From assembly GCF_003018255.1 (NCBI RefSeq), contig NZ_CP027440.1: 64,000 bases of DNA. One strand, given 5' to 3'. A program made the translations under genes and the position numbers. Within the stretch, counting starts at the first letter, position 1, and each line of letters opens with the position of its first letter. Source of the stretch: Escherichia coli. GTDB lineage: Bacteria; Pseudomonadota; Gammaproteobacteria; Enterobacterales; Enterobacteriaceae. Positions 1-7,294 of the stretch are shown in pieces. The notes beneath the pieces were generated by a model, which saw only the letters and a program-made list of their open reading frames with translations, was not told where the DNA came from and did no database searches.

Positions 1-394
1 AGTCCGCACGCAACTTCTCGGCAAAACCGCCGCGATTCAAAATCGTCGGCACCGCACCTTGCTCGCAGTTGATCTGATTACCGCTAATACAGGCGTCGCA
101 GTGACCACAGCTACGCGCCGTCCAGCCAATCCCGACACGCTGACCGACCTGCAAACCTTTATCCTGCGCGGCGCTACCCAATGCAACCACGCGCCCAATC
201 ACCTCATGCCCGGCAACCAGCGGATACTGTGAAAATCCCCATTCGTTGTCGATCATCGACAGATCGGAATGGCAGATCCCGCAGTAATCCACCTGAACTT
301 CAACATCTTGTGGCTTCAGTTCACCGGGATCGTACTCATAAACTTCCAGTTCGCCGCCAGCCTCTTTTGCGGCATAACTTTTTATCATCGACAT
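1..394 (-). CDS. ahr: NADPH-dependent aldehyde reductase Ahr/YjgB, N-terminal part (gene continues past left edge)
   Basis: Own translation of minus strand from ATG at 394: [54 protein letters not shown]...GHEVIG...[10 protein letters not shown]. It has Zn-ADH GHE and Cys-rich zinc motifs and an AAGGA SD upstream. Absent from the ORF track because it is truncated. Confidence 0.85.
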   Translation of the reverse strand, partial: MSMIKSYAAKEAGGELEVYEYDPGELKPQDVEVQVDYCGICHSDLSMIDNEWGFSQYPLVAGHEVIGRVVALGSAAQDKGLQVGQRVGIGWTARSCGHCDACISGNQINCEQGAVPTILNRGGFAEKLRAD

Positions 395-532
395 GTTTTT
401 ATCCTTCTCTGGTGTGGTCTGGGAAGTGTAGAGCATGGCAGGGCGGGGCGCCTGGAGTGTGACAAAGGTTACACATCGCGGTATGCAATGCTGAAAATTT
501 CAGCACTTAGCGAGGTGCGAGCAAGCTGGCGC

Positions 533-560
533 TTGCATGGTGGCGTGCGACAGGTATAAT
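533..560 (+). promoter_or_regulatory. Sigma70-like promoter of leuX
   Basis: TTGCAT (533-538), a 16-nt spacer, then TATAAT (555-560), about 30 nt upstream of the tRNA 5' end. Confidence 0.5.
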
Positions 561-589
561 CCACAACGTTTTCCGCATACCTCTTCAGT

Positions 590-674
590 GCCGAAGTGGC
601 GAAATCGGTAGACGCAGTTGATTCAAAATCAACCGTAGAAATACGTGCCGGTTCGAGTCCGGCCTTCGGCACCA
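590..674 (+). tRNA. leuX: tRNA-Leu, anticodon CAA
   Basis: 85-nt sequence GCCGAAGTGG...GGTTCGAGTCCGGCCTTCGGCACCA. It has a 7-bp acceptor stem, anticodon stem GTTGA/TCAAC with loop TTCAAAA (CAA), a long variable arm, a T-loop GGTTCGAGTCC and an encoded CCA. Confidence 0.95.
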
Positions 675-689
675 AGTGATGCAATAATT

Positions 690-713
690 AGCTACCTAAG
701 GGTGGCTTTTTTT
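690..713 (+). terminator. Rho-independent terminator after leuX
   Basis: Stem AGCTACC/GGTGGCT (one G-U pair), loop TAAG, then a T6 run. Confidence 0.6.
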
Positions 714-715
714 GT

Positions 716-740
716 GTCCATTTCCGTCCAAATTCGTCCA
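716..740 (+). repeat. Three GTCCA motifs phased at 10 bp (possible arm-type recombinase/RDF binding sites)
   Basis: GTCCAtttccGTCCAaattcGTCCA at 716, 726 and 736, between attL and int. Confidence 0.35.
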
Positions 741-841
741 TATCCGTTTGTAATTCAAAGGTAATTTATTTTTCCACAATAACCATATTTATTTTGTGGT
801 CTTTCCGTGTTGGTCATTTTTCATCCATTGACATCCACGCG

Positions 842-898
842 ATTTGGGGGCCAAATTGGGGGCTTAGACGTAGTTCGATAATAGTGAGGCCCCCAAAT
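842..898. promoter_or_regulatory. 11-bp inverted repeat bracketing the int 5' region and overlapping its SD/start codon
   Basis: ATTTGGGGGCC (842-852) and GGCCCCCAAAT (888-898), with a third direct copy AATTGGGGGC at 853-862. The int ATG is at 897. Confidence 0.4.
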
Positions 899-2573
899 GG
901 CACTAACAGATCGCGCTATAGTCCACGCCAAGCCTTGTGGCAAGCCGTATAAGCTCAGTGACTCGCATGGACTTTACCTGCTGGTTAACCCTAACGGTTC
1001 AAAACGCTGGTACATCAAGTACCGCTTTGTAAACAAAGAGAAAAAGCTCGCTTTAGGCCCTTATCCGCTTTTGACGCTTGCACAGGCAAGACGCATGCGT
1101 GAAGAGGCACAATTATTGCTGATTTCCGGCATCGATCCGAGTGCACGCCGAAAAGCAGAACGCCTTGCGATAACGCCGGAACATACGTTTGAGTCTGTGG
1201 CACGTGAATGGGTCACCAGTAACGTGAACTGGTCGGCGGAACATAAGAAGCGGGTGCTGCGTTATTTCGAGCTTTACGTATTCCCCACGAACGGCAGCTG
1301 TGACATCACCAAAATGAAGGTCAAAGATCTGCTGGTGCCCATCAAGGAAGTGGAGAAAGCGGGCAAACTGGATGTTGCTTCCCGGCTTCAGCAGCGCACT
1401 GCCTGCGTGATGCGCTACGCCGTCCAGAACGGCATTATCGATCATAACCCTGCATCAGATTTAACCGGCGCGGTCTCCACGCCCAAAGTACGGCATCACC
1501 CGGCGTTGGATCTGAATCTTATCCCTGATTTCCTGGAAAGAATCGACGATTACAAAGGCCGTCAACTGACTCAACTGGCGGTAAAACTGGCACTGCTGCT
1601 GTTTATCCGCTCCAGCGAACTGCGCTTTGCCCGCTGGGATGAAATTGATCTGCGTAACGCCATGTGGACCATCCCCGCTGAGCGTGAGCCGATCCCCGGC
1701 GTTAAATATTCAGCGCGTGGGGCGAAGATGCACTCCCCACACCTGGTCCCATTGTCACGTCAGGCCATCGAACTGCTGCACGAGGTGCGGCAGCATTGCC
1801 GACCGGGAACTGAACTGGTGTTCCCCGGCGATCACAATTACCGCAAGCCGATGAGTGAAAACACCATCAACAAAGCGCTGCGGGTGATGGGCTACGACAC
1901 CCAGAAAGATGTCTGTGGCCACGGTTTTCGCACTATGGCCTGTAGCGCGCTGGTGGAGTCGGGGCTGTGGTCAAGCGACGCGGTAGAGCGCCAGATGAGC
2001 CATCAGGAGCGCAAGCGCGTGCGTGCGGCGTATATCCACAAGGCGCAGCATCTCGAAGAACGTTGGGAGATGATGCAGTGGTGGGCGGATTATCTGGATG
2101 CAAACCGGTTCAGGCATGTTGTGCCGTATGGCTTCAAAAAGTCGCCGGGAGGCGCACTCGACCATATGAGTTTCCAGGAGCGCAATGACCGGCAGCTAGA
2201 GGAGCTGAAAGCCAGAATACTGGCTGACTCGGAATGGCTGACGGCGTCTGAATTATCCGCAAAAGCGGGCTTTCGTTCCGCCGATCCTGATGCTGGTCCG
2301 AAAGGCTGGAAAGCCGCCGGGAAGATATTCTCGCTGAAGGTCGATGGTGAGGATTTATACCCTGATTATGTTCTGGATGAGAAAATGCGGCCTCTCAAGG
2401 TTGTCCGTTTGATTCTTTCACTGTTTAAGGAGCGTAAAACACCGTGGGGGCTGGCTATCTGGTTTGGCTCGGCTAATCGCAGGTTGAGAGGTGGGAGGCC
2501 GAAAGACCTGCTGATTTCGAAGTCAGAGTTGGTTCTGATGGCGGCGCAGGAGGAGGTGGAGTCGGGGGAGTAG
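897..2573 (+). CDS. P4-type tyrosine integrase with a ~150-aa C-terminal extension
   Basis: 558 aa. N-terminal MALTDRAI..KPYKLSD..GLYLLV (DUF4102-like). Catalytic R (IRSSELRFARW), HGFRT and AAYIH (Tyr). Adjacent to the tRNA. Residues ~410-558 lie beyond the usual end of this family. Confidence 0.9.
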   Translation: MALTDRAIVHAKPCGKPYKLSDSHGLYLLVNPNGSKRWYIKYRFVNKEKKLALGPYPLLTLAQARRMREEAQLLLISGIDPSARRKAERLAITPEHTFESVAREWVTSNVNWSAEHKKRVLRYFELYVFPTNGSCDITKMKVKDLLVPIKEVEKAGKLDVASRLQQRTACVMRYAVQNGIIDHNPASDLTGAVSTPKVRHHPALDLNLIPDFLERIDDYKGRQLTQLAVKLALLLFIRSSELRFARWDEIDLRNAMWTIPAEREPIPGVKYSARGAKMHSPHLVPLSRQAIELLHEVRQHCRPGTELVFPGDHNYRKPMSENTINKALRVMGYDTQKDVCGHGFRTMACSALVESGLWSSDAVERQMSHQERKRVRAAYIHKAQHLEERWEMMQWWADYLDANRFRHVVPYGFKKSPGGALDHMSFQERNDRQLEELKARILADSEWLTASELSAKAGFRSADPDAGPKGWKAAGKIFSLKVDGEDLYPDYVLDEKMRPLKVVRLILSLFKERKTPWGLAIWFGSANRRLRGGRPKDLLISKSELVLMAAQEEVESGE

Positions 2574-2716
2574 GAATGGTTACTCAACCCTGAAAGAATG
2601 CGTCCAACTACTCTTTACCCTTCTTTCTTTAATGGAAAATGACGTTTGGAAGGTTGAATAAGGCATCGCATTTCTGGCGGTCTTTTTTTGATCATTTACG
2701 TTGCTTCTTTCTTTAT

Positions 2717-2771
2717 TTGTTCATAACATTGTTTTGTTCATGATTCATGAACAGTTATGAGGTGTGAACAA
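2717..2771. promoter_or_regulatory. Composite palindromic operator, copy 1 (four TGTTCA half-sites)
   Basis: TTGTTCATA...TTGTTCATGAtTCATGAACA...TGTGAACAA. Core 17-bp palindrome at 2736-2752. It ends at the SD/ATG of the next gene. Confidence 0.55.
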
Positions 2772-3770
2772 ATGAAGGAAGAACAGCTTTTGTCTGATGC
2801 GATAGAGAATCTGCCAAAAGGATTCCATTTGCAGTATGAACATAGCGGTAGACATGGTAAGCACGATGCCTGGGGTAAGCTAACAGGGCCGGATGGTGAG
2901 TCAGTGATATTTGCTCTGGAAGTAAAATTTATCCACCGTAAAGAGTCACTGATGGCTGTTCGCGAACAAATGGTTCGCTTTCCTGCGGATTTTCCTGTGC
3001 TGCTGGTGTGTAACCGCCTGACGTCTGCACTGGCGGAATATTGCGCCGACAGCCAGATCAACTTTATCGATACGGCAGGGAATGCCCGTATCCAGGTTCC
3101 AGGCTTGTATGTGCGGATCGAAGGCCGCTATGAAAAGAAACCCGTTTCCGCCAGCAGTCGTTTTGCTGAAGGGGTGATGAAGCTTCTTTTTGTTTTGCTG
3201 TCTAGCCCAGAGACCCTGAACGAGACTTACCGCAGTCTGGCCGGAAAGGCAGGTATCTCTCTGGGAATGGTCAGCAAGGCTTTTGATTATCTCGAAGCGC
3301 AACGCTATTTCCGCAAATCGAAGAAGGGGCGTCGCTTAATCAATGAAGGCGAGTTAGAGGCTTTGTGGCTGAAAGATTATGCTACAGCTTTGCGCCCTAA
3401 GCTGGATTCGCTTTCTTTATCCGCGCCTGTTTCATGGGATGAGTTGACGCTTGCGTCCGGGGAATACTGGAGCGGCGAGATTGCGGCGGCAAAGCTGAGC
3501 GGAGGATACCTGATACCAGAAAATGGCGTGATTTTTACATCCCATCCGTTGTTACAAAGGCGAAAGGAACTGGGACTAAAACCTGTTCCGGGGGGGAAAC
3601 TACAGCTGATCGCCGGTTTTTGGGGGAACTTTGTACTGAATCACAAAGCCGAGGCGATGCTATGCGTGGCTGAACTGCTGGCAAGCGGGGATGACAGAAA
3701 CTGGGAAACAGCAAGGATAATCAATGACAAATATCTTCACCTTAATGAATCCGATCTCTTCAGCTACTGA
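2772..3770 (+). CDS. Putative AbiEi-like / winged-helix protein (partner of downstream nucleotidyltransferase)
   Basis: ORF 2757-3770. The preferred ATG is at 2772 (GAGGTG SD 7 nt upstream). Central wHTH-like segment TYRSLAGKAGISLGMVSKAFDYLEAQRYF. Overlaps the next ORF. The family call is tentative. Confidence 0.5.
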   Translation: MKEEQLLSDAIENLPKGFHLQYEHSGRHGKHDAWGKLTGPDGESVIFALEVKFIHRKESLMAVREQMVRFPADFPVLLVCNRLTSALAEYCADSQINFIDTAGNARIQVPGLYVRIEGRYEKKPVSASSRFAEGVMKLLFVLLSSPETLNETYRSLAGKAGISLGMVSKAFDYLEAQRYFRKSKKGRRLINEGELEALWLKDYATALRPKLDSLSLSAPVSWDELTLASGEYWSGEIAAAKLSGGYLIPENGVIFTSHPLLQRRKELGLKPVPGGKLQLIAGFWGNFVLNHKAEAMLCVAELLASGDDRNWETARIINDKYLHLNESDLFSY

Positions 3771-4533
3771 AACGTTACTGAGTCAGATCAACCGTATTTG
3801 CACCGCTCAGGGGATCCCGTTTTTTATTGCAGGTGCAACGGCTCGTGAAATTCTGCTCCATCATATACACAGCAGAAGTATTGGTCGCCGAACCCGTGAT
3901 ATTGATATTGCCGTCTTTGTGGATAGCTGGCCGAGATTTGATGCGCTTAAAAATGCTTTCCTTGCTGAAGGGGCAGAAGTTGTCCAAGGTAATGCCCATC
4001 GTATGATTGTCAAAGGGATCGAGCTAGATATTATTCCTTTTGGTGGTGTTGCTGAAGGAAATCAAATTGCCTGGCCACCAGAACGTGAGATCATAATGGC
4101 TGTGGATGGATTTGCCGAAGTCTTTTCTCATACCGTAGTTGTGCGGCTGGATAACAGCGAAAATATTCCGTTCTGCTCCTTGCCAGGACTGGCTCTGTTA
4201 AAACTTTTTGCATGGCGTGATCGTGGGCATGGGAGTACTAAAGACGCGACCGATCTCTTTAAGATTATCTGTGAATATGGTGTTATCGAGAATGAACGCA
4301 TCTATGAATCGCCCGTCGAAGGGGAACGCCTGAACTGGGATCCCATACGTATGGGCGCTTTTCTGTTGGGAAGCGATATAGCGACAATTAGTGAACACTC
4401 ATCCTTGCAGGATTTACTCCATCTTGATAAAGAACGCCTGATCGATGTGATAGTACGACAACATGACGTGGGTGATGCTGGGATTGAGCAGATCATCAAT
4501 GATTTCTGGGATGGTATGGCAAGTGATGGTTGA
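3724..4533 (+). CDS. Pol-beta-superfamily nucleotidyltransferase, AbiEii-like
   Basis: 269 aa. AGATAREILLHHIHSRSIGRRTRDIDIAVFV fits the G-x-A..R-x-T-x-DID NTase motif, with a second acidic stretch IELDIIPFG. Overlaps the upstream gene. Confidence 0.6.
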   Translation: MTNIFTLMNPISSATETLLSQINRICTAQGIPFFIAGATAREILLHHIHSRSIGRRTRDIDIAVFVDSWPRFDALKNAFLAEGAEVVQGNAHRMIVKGIELDIIPFGGVAEGNQIAWPPEREIIMAVDGFAEVFSHTVVVRLDNSENIPFCSLPGLALLKLFAWRDRGHGSTKDATDLFKIICEYGVIENERIYESPVEGERLNWDPIRMGAFLLGSDIATISEHSSLQDLLHLDKERLIDVIVRQHDVGDAGIEQIINDFWDGMASDG

Positions 4534-4543
4534 GGATGTAGTT

Positions 4544-4598
4544 TTAGATGAAATGTTCACAACAGAGTTTTGTTCATGAATCATGAACGGTATTATTG
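4544..4598. repeat. Composite palindromic operator, copy 2 (downstream of the cassette)
   Basis: ATGTTCACAACAGAGTTTTGTTCATGAaTCATGAACGG...TGTGAACAA. Same half-site layout as 2717-2771. The 12+8 nt core is identical and overall identity is about 75%. Confidence 0.6.
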
Positions 4599-4677
4599 TG
4601 AACAATGGCAGGGCGTAACGCCAACTGCCCGATTAAGATGCGCTTATGTTATCAATAATGCCAGCCCAGAGTCAGTC

Positions 4678-4796
4678 GCGACATCATCAAACTGAAGGTC
4701 AAAGGCTTGCTGGTTCCCATCAAAGATAGTGGAGAACGCAGGTAAACTTGATGTTCCACCTTCCACGGCGCACCGCACCTTCGGCATGATGCGCTA
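4678..4796 (+). pseudogene. Fragment of a second P4-type integrase gene
   Basis: ~120 nt align at about 75% identity to int codons ~135-175 (compare 1291-1412): ..aaggtcaaagGcTtgctggtTcccatcaaAgaTagtggagaa... It has no start and is interrupted by stops. Confidence 0.7.
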
Positions 4797-4840
4797 ATAT
4801 TATGGCTATATAGGTATTGAAAAGATAAAATATTATCACT

Positions 4841-5329
4841 ATGGCTAAAAAAACGGCTCCCTTAGTTCCCGGTACTAATCAGTTGCTTGCTGAGTTTGGC
4901 GAACGGCTTAAGCTGGCGCGACTGCGACGTAAGCTCACAGCGAAGCGGGTTGCTGAGCGAGCCGGGATGTCGCCAATGACCTTGCGTTCTCTTGAATCAG
5001 GCGGGACGGGCGTGACAATCGGCGCTTATTTGTCAGTTATGCAGATTTTGGGTCTTGAAAAGGATCTGAACAAACTTGCCGCTGAGGATGAACAGGGACG
5101 CCAACTTCAGGATTCCCGGCTAATAAATAAAACGCGTGTTTCTCGTCCTGCTGCTATCTCTCACACAAACAGGCATACCGGAAACGTGATAAAAAACGAT
5201 GCCTTCGACAAGCAATTCTCGACATCACAAGAAAAATCAATCGATTCTGAAGTTAAAACAGAAGTCGTGACATCTGCATCTCTTGCTGCACTGCTAAAAC
5301 CAATAAAGAAACCCAGAAAAGGTAGCTGA
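4841..5329 (+). CDS. XRE-family HTH transcriptional regulator
   Basis: 162 aa. [26 protein letters not shown], with a low-complexity C-terminus. Confidence 0.75.
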   Translation: MAKKTAPLVPGTNQLLAEFGERLKLARLRRKLTAKRVAERAGMSPMTLRSLESGGTGVTIGAYLSVMQILGLEKDLNKLAAEDEQGRQLQDSRLINKTRVSRPAAISHTNRHTGNVIKNDAFDKQFSTSQEKSIDSEVKTEVVTSASLAALLKPIKKPRKGS

Positions 5330-5693
5330 CACGCTGGAATTTTTGTATTGAAACGAGGGACTATAGATTTCGATAGCAAAAAATAAAGCCTGCTGATGAT
5401 ATGTTTAAAAAATGCCAAAAAATGTACATATGGCGTTGATATGTCGATGCTGTAAACATATTTTGGCGTTATGTCGATAAAACTGGTTTTTTTAAACATA
5501 TCGTCATGCTTAATCCAACCGCTCAATCAGTCTTATATCTGTTATGGAAAATGCTTGTAAAATGGCGCGTTCTGCCATCTGGCAATGTTCATATTTACTG
5601 GCTCGAGGAATATCGTCCCCCCTTAATTTCCATGAAAAGTAATTTTAATTCATTTAGTTATTAATCTTTTCTCCGCTGAGAATATGAATTTTT

Positions 5694-5737
5694 ATCCCCT
5701 ATAGGGGATATGCTCAAAATATCTATCCTGGGGGATA
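5694..5737. promoter_or_regulatory. Palindromic operator pair upstream of the HipB-like gene
   Basis: Perfect 16-bp palindrome ATCCCCTATAGGGGAT (5694-5709) and the related TATCCTGGGGGATA (5724-5737), directly before the ATG at 5740. Confidence 0.5.
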
Positions 5738-5739
5738 AA

Positions 5740-6081
5740 ATGAACGTAACCTCACCCAAAATGTTGTCTCAGGCAATCAGGGATGCACGCAAGCAACGTA
5801 ACCTGACCCAGCGTGAAACTGCAGCAAGTATGGGCATGAAACAGTCAACGGTTTCAGAGTTTGAGAACCATCCTGAGGGGACCAGCCTGGATACGCTCTT
5901 TAAGCTGCTTGCCGCTCTGGACCTTAAGCTTCAGGTCGTAAGCTGGAGGGGTAAAAAAACTCTTCTGATGGCTGGGAGCAGGAGTGGTGATCTGTGGAAA
6001 TATGAACAAAAAGGCCATGGCGCTATCCGGACGGAACCACCATTTTCACTAGCGTACCATCTGGATTTCCAGAGCACATAA
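5740..6081 (+). CDS. HipB-like XRE antitoxin/regulator, probably frameshifted at its 3' end
   Basis: MNVTSPKMLSQAIRDARKQRNLTQRETAASMGMKQSTVSEFENHP..LDTLFKLLAALDLKLQV. After the A7 tract (5953-5959), the alternative frame ends ..DGWEQEW* at 5990, resembling the HipB C-terminal ..EW. Confidence 0.65.
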   Translation: MNVTSPKMLSQAIRDARKQRNLTQRETAASMGMKQSTVSEFENHPEGTSLDTLFKLLAALDLKLQVVSWRGKKTLLMAGSRSGDLWKYEQKGHGAIRTEPPFSLAYHLDFQST

Positions 6082-6207
6082 GAGAAGCTATTTTTGCATC
6101 AGTCAGCGCGTATTCCGTAGCCATCTCGGCAGTAGTTGAAACAGTAAAAAATGCCCCTATTTCATGGCTAATTAACCGCTAAATTCCAGCCATGGAGGAA
6201 ACCACCG

Positions 6208-6474
6208 ATGTCACCTCGGACACACCGCCAGCTCGTAAGTGTTGAAGTGATGTGGCCTGCTCAGACGCTACCGCTTCCCCTACAACAGGTAGTCGAAGCA
6301 TTGAATCAGGGCGAAACGCCCGATCAGATTATTATCCGCATGAACCAACGGGGTCTGCTGGCGTGGCGTGAGGATGCATCCGCGCAGGATACACACGATA
6401 TCTTTCAGGTACGTCTGGACAACCAGAATGAGGCGCGATTTCTCTGCCGCTACGTTACGTTGCCGCTGCACTGA
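6208..6474 (+). CDS. Hypothetical protein (88 aa)
   Basis: ORF with a GGAGGA SD 8 nt upstream of the ATG. No recognised motif. Confidence 0.4.
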   Translation: MSPRTHRQLVSVEVMWPAQTLPLPLQQVVEALNQGETPDQIIIRMNQRGLLAWREDASAQDTHDIFQVRLDNQNEARFLCRYVTLPLH

Positions 6475-6585
6475 TGCCCCTATCCCGGTAACGCGAAATT
6501 GAAGAGTGCTGTTTATCACCGGATAAATTAATATGCTATAAAATAAAGAGTTAGCAAATGTCGTTTCAGGGATGATGAGTTGTAA

Positions 6586-7239
6586 ATGAAGAAGAAACTG
6601 CCAGACCAGCTTTCCAGGGAATGCATTATTGCGGCTATGCGTGCCTATGATGAAGGTGTACGCCACCAGTTCAGCGAGTCCCGGCTGTATGATGTGGTCT
6701 TTGAAGGGCGCAGTTATCCACCGAAAGCTATAGTCGGTATTGCTGCTTCAAATATGACTGGCGTTGAGTTTTCCCCTGAAGATTTTAGTGGTGGTATCAA
6801 GTCGAAATGCGTCAAGTTGCTTACCGATCAAGGGTTCCAGATCGTTGAGAAACATTTGGGTAACGAGCAGCCCGCCATCAGTATTTTTCCTGATGAACTG
6901 CCACCGCAGAGCGTATTTACTGAAGGTGCAGCTACGCAGGTAACGGTTAATCGCTATGAACGCGACCGTAAGGCCCGACAGGCCGCATTAGCCTGGCATG
7001 GTTGTCTGTGCAAAGTATGTGGTATTGATATGATGAAGGTGTATGGCGAGATAGCGAAAGGTTTTATCCATATACACCACCTGATTCCGCTATCAGACAT
7101 CAAAGAGAATTACTCTCTGGATCCCAAAAAAGATTTTATTCCCGTCTGCCCAAATTGCCACGCCATGTTGCATCGGCGTAATCCGCCTTTTTCGCCTGAA
7201 GAATTGAAATCAATTATTGAATATCATGCGGCTCTTTAG
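6586..7239 (+). CDS. HNH endonuclease (McrA-like putative restriction enzyme)
   Basis: 217 aa. C-terminal HGCLCKVCG..FIHIHHLIPLS..PVCPNCHAMLHRR (HNH with CxxC pairs). Paralogue of 61354-62004. Confidence 0.8.
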   Translation: MKKKLPDQLSRECIIAAMRAYDEGVRHQFSESRLYDVVFEGRSYPPKAIVGIAASNMTGVEFSPEDFSGGIKSKCVKLLTDQGFQIVEKHLGNEQPAISIFPDELPPQSVFTEGAATQVTVNRYERDRKARQAALAWHGCLCKVCGIDMMKVYGEIAKGFIHIHHLIPLSDIKENYSLDPKKDFIPVCPNCHAMLHRRNPPFSPEELKSIIEYHAAL

Positions 7240-7294
7240 GTATTAAAGCCCATTCGCTGTAGCTCGGTGGAAGAGAGTATTTTGATATAAATAG

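Noticed and set aside
590-674. leuX acting as an amber suppressor (supP) to read through the TAG in the ICE topoisomerase III gene.
   Set aside because: The anticodon in this sequence is CAA (wild-type, reads UUG), not CUA.
469-684. A 71-aa minus-strand ORF.
   Set aside because: It overlaps the tRNA-Leu gene and its promoter, so it is an artefact.
843-862. TTGGGGGCCA near int resembles the E. coli fimS inverted repeat TTGGGGCCA, which might link it to the island's FimB-like recombinase.
   Set aside because: It differs by an extra G. The repeats are only ~45 bp apart, too short for a plausible invertible segment. The location fits int leader regulation better, so this is probably coincidence.
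5161-5526. A 121-aa minus-strand ORF, together with AT-rich direct and inverted repeats (ATGTTTAAAAAA/TTTTTTAAACAT; TGGCGTT..ATGTCGAT twice) at 5401-5499.
   Set aside because: The ORF overlaps the XRE gene end, is low-complexity and has no SD. The repeats are short and AT-rich, so they are not distinguishable from chance or promoter-region bias without a search.
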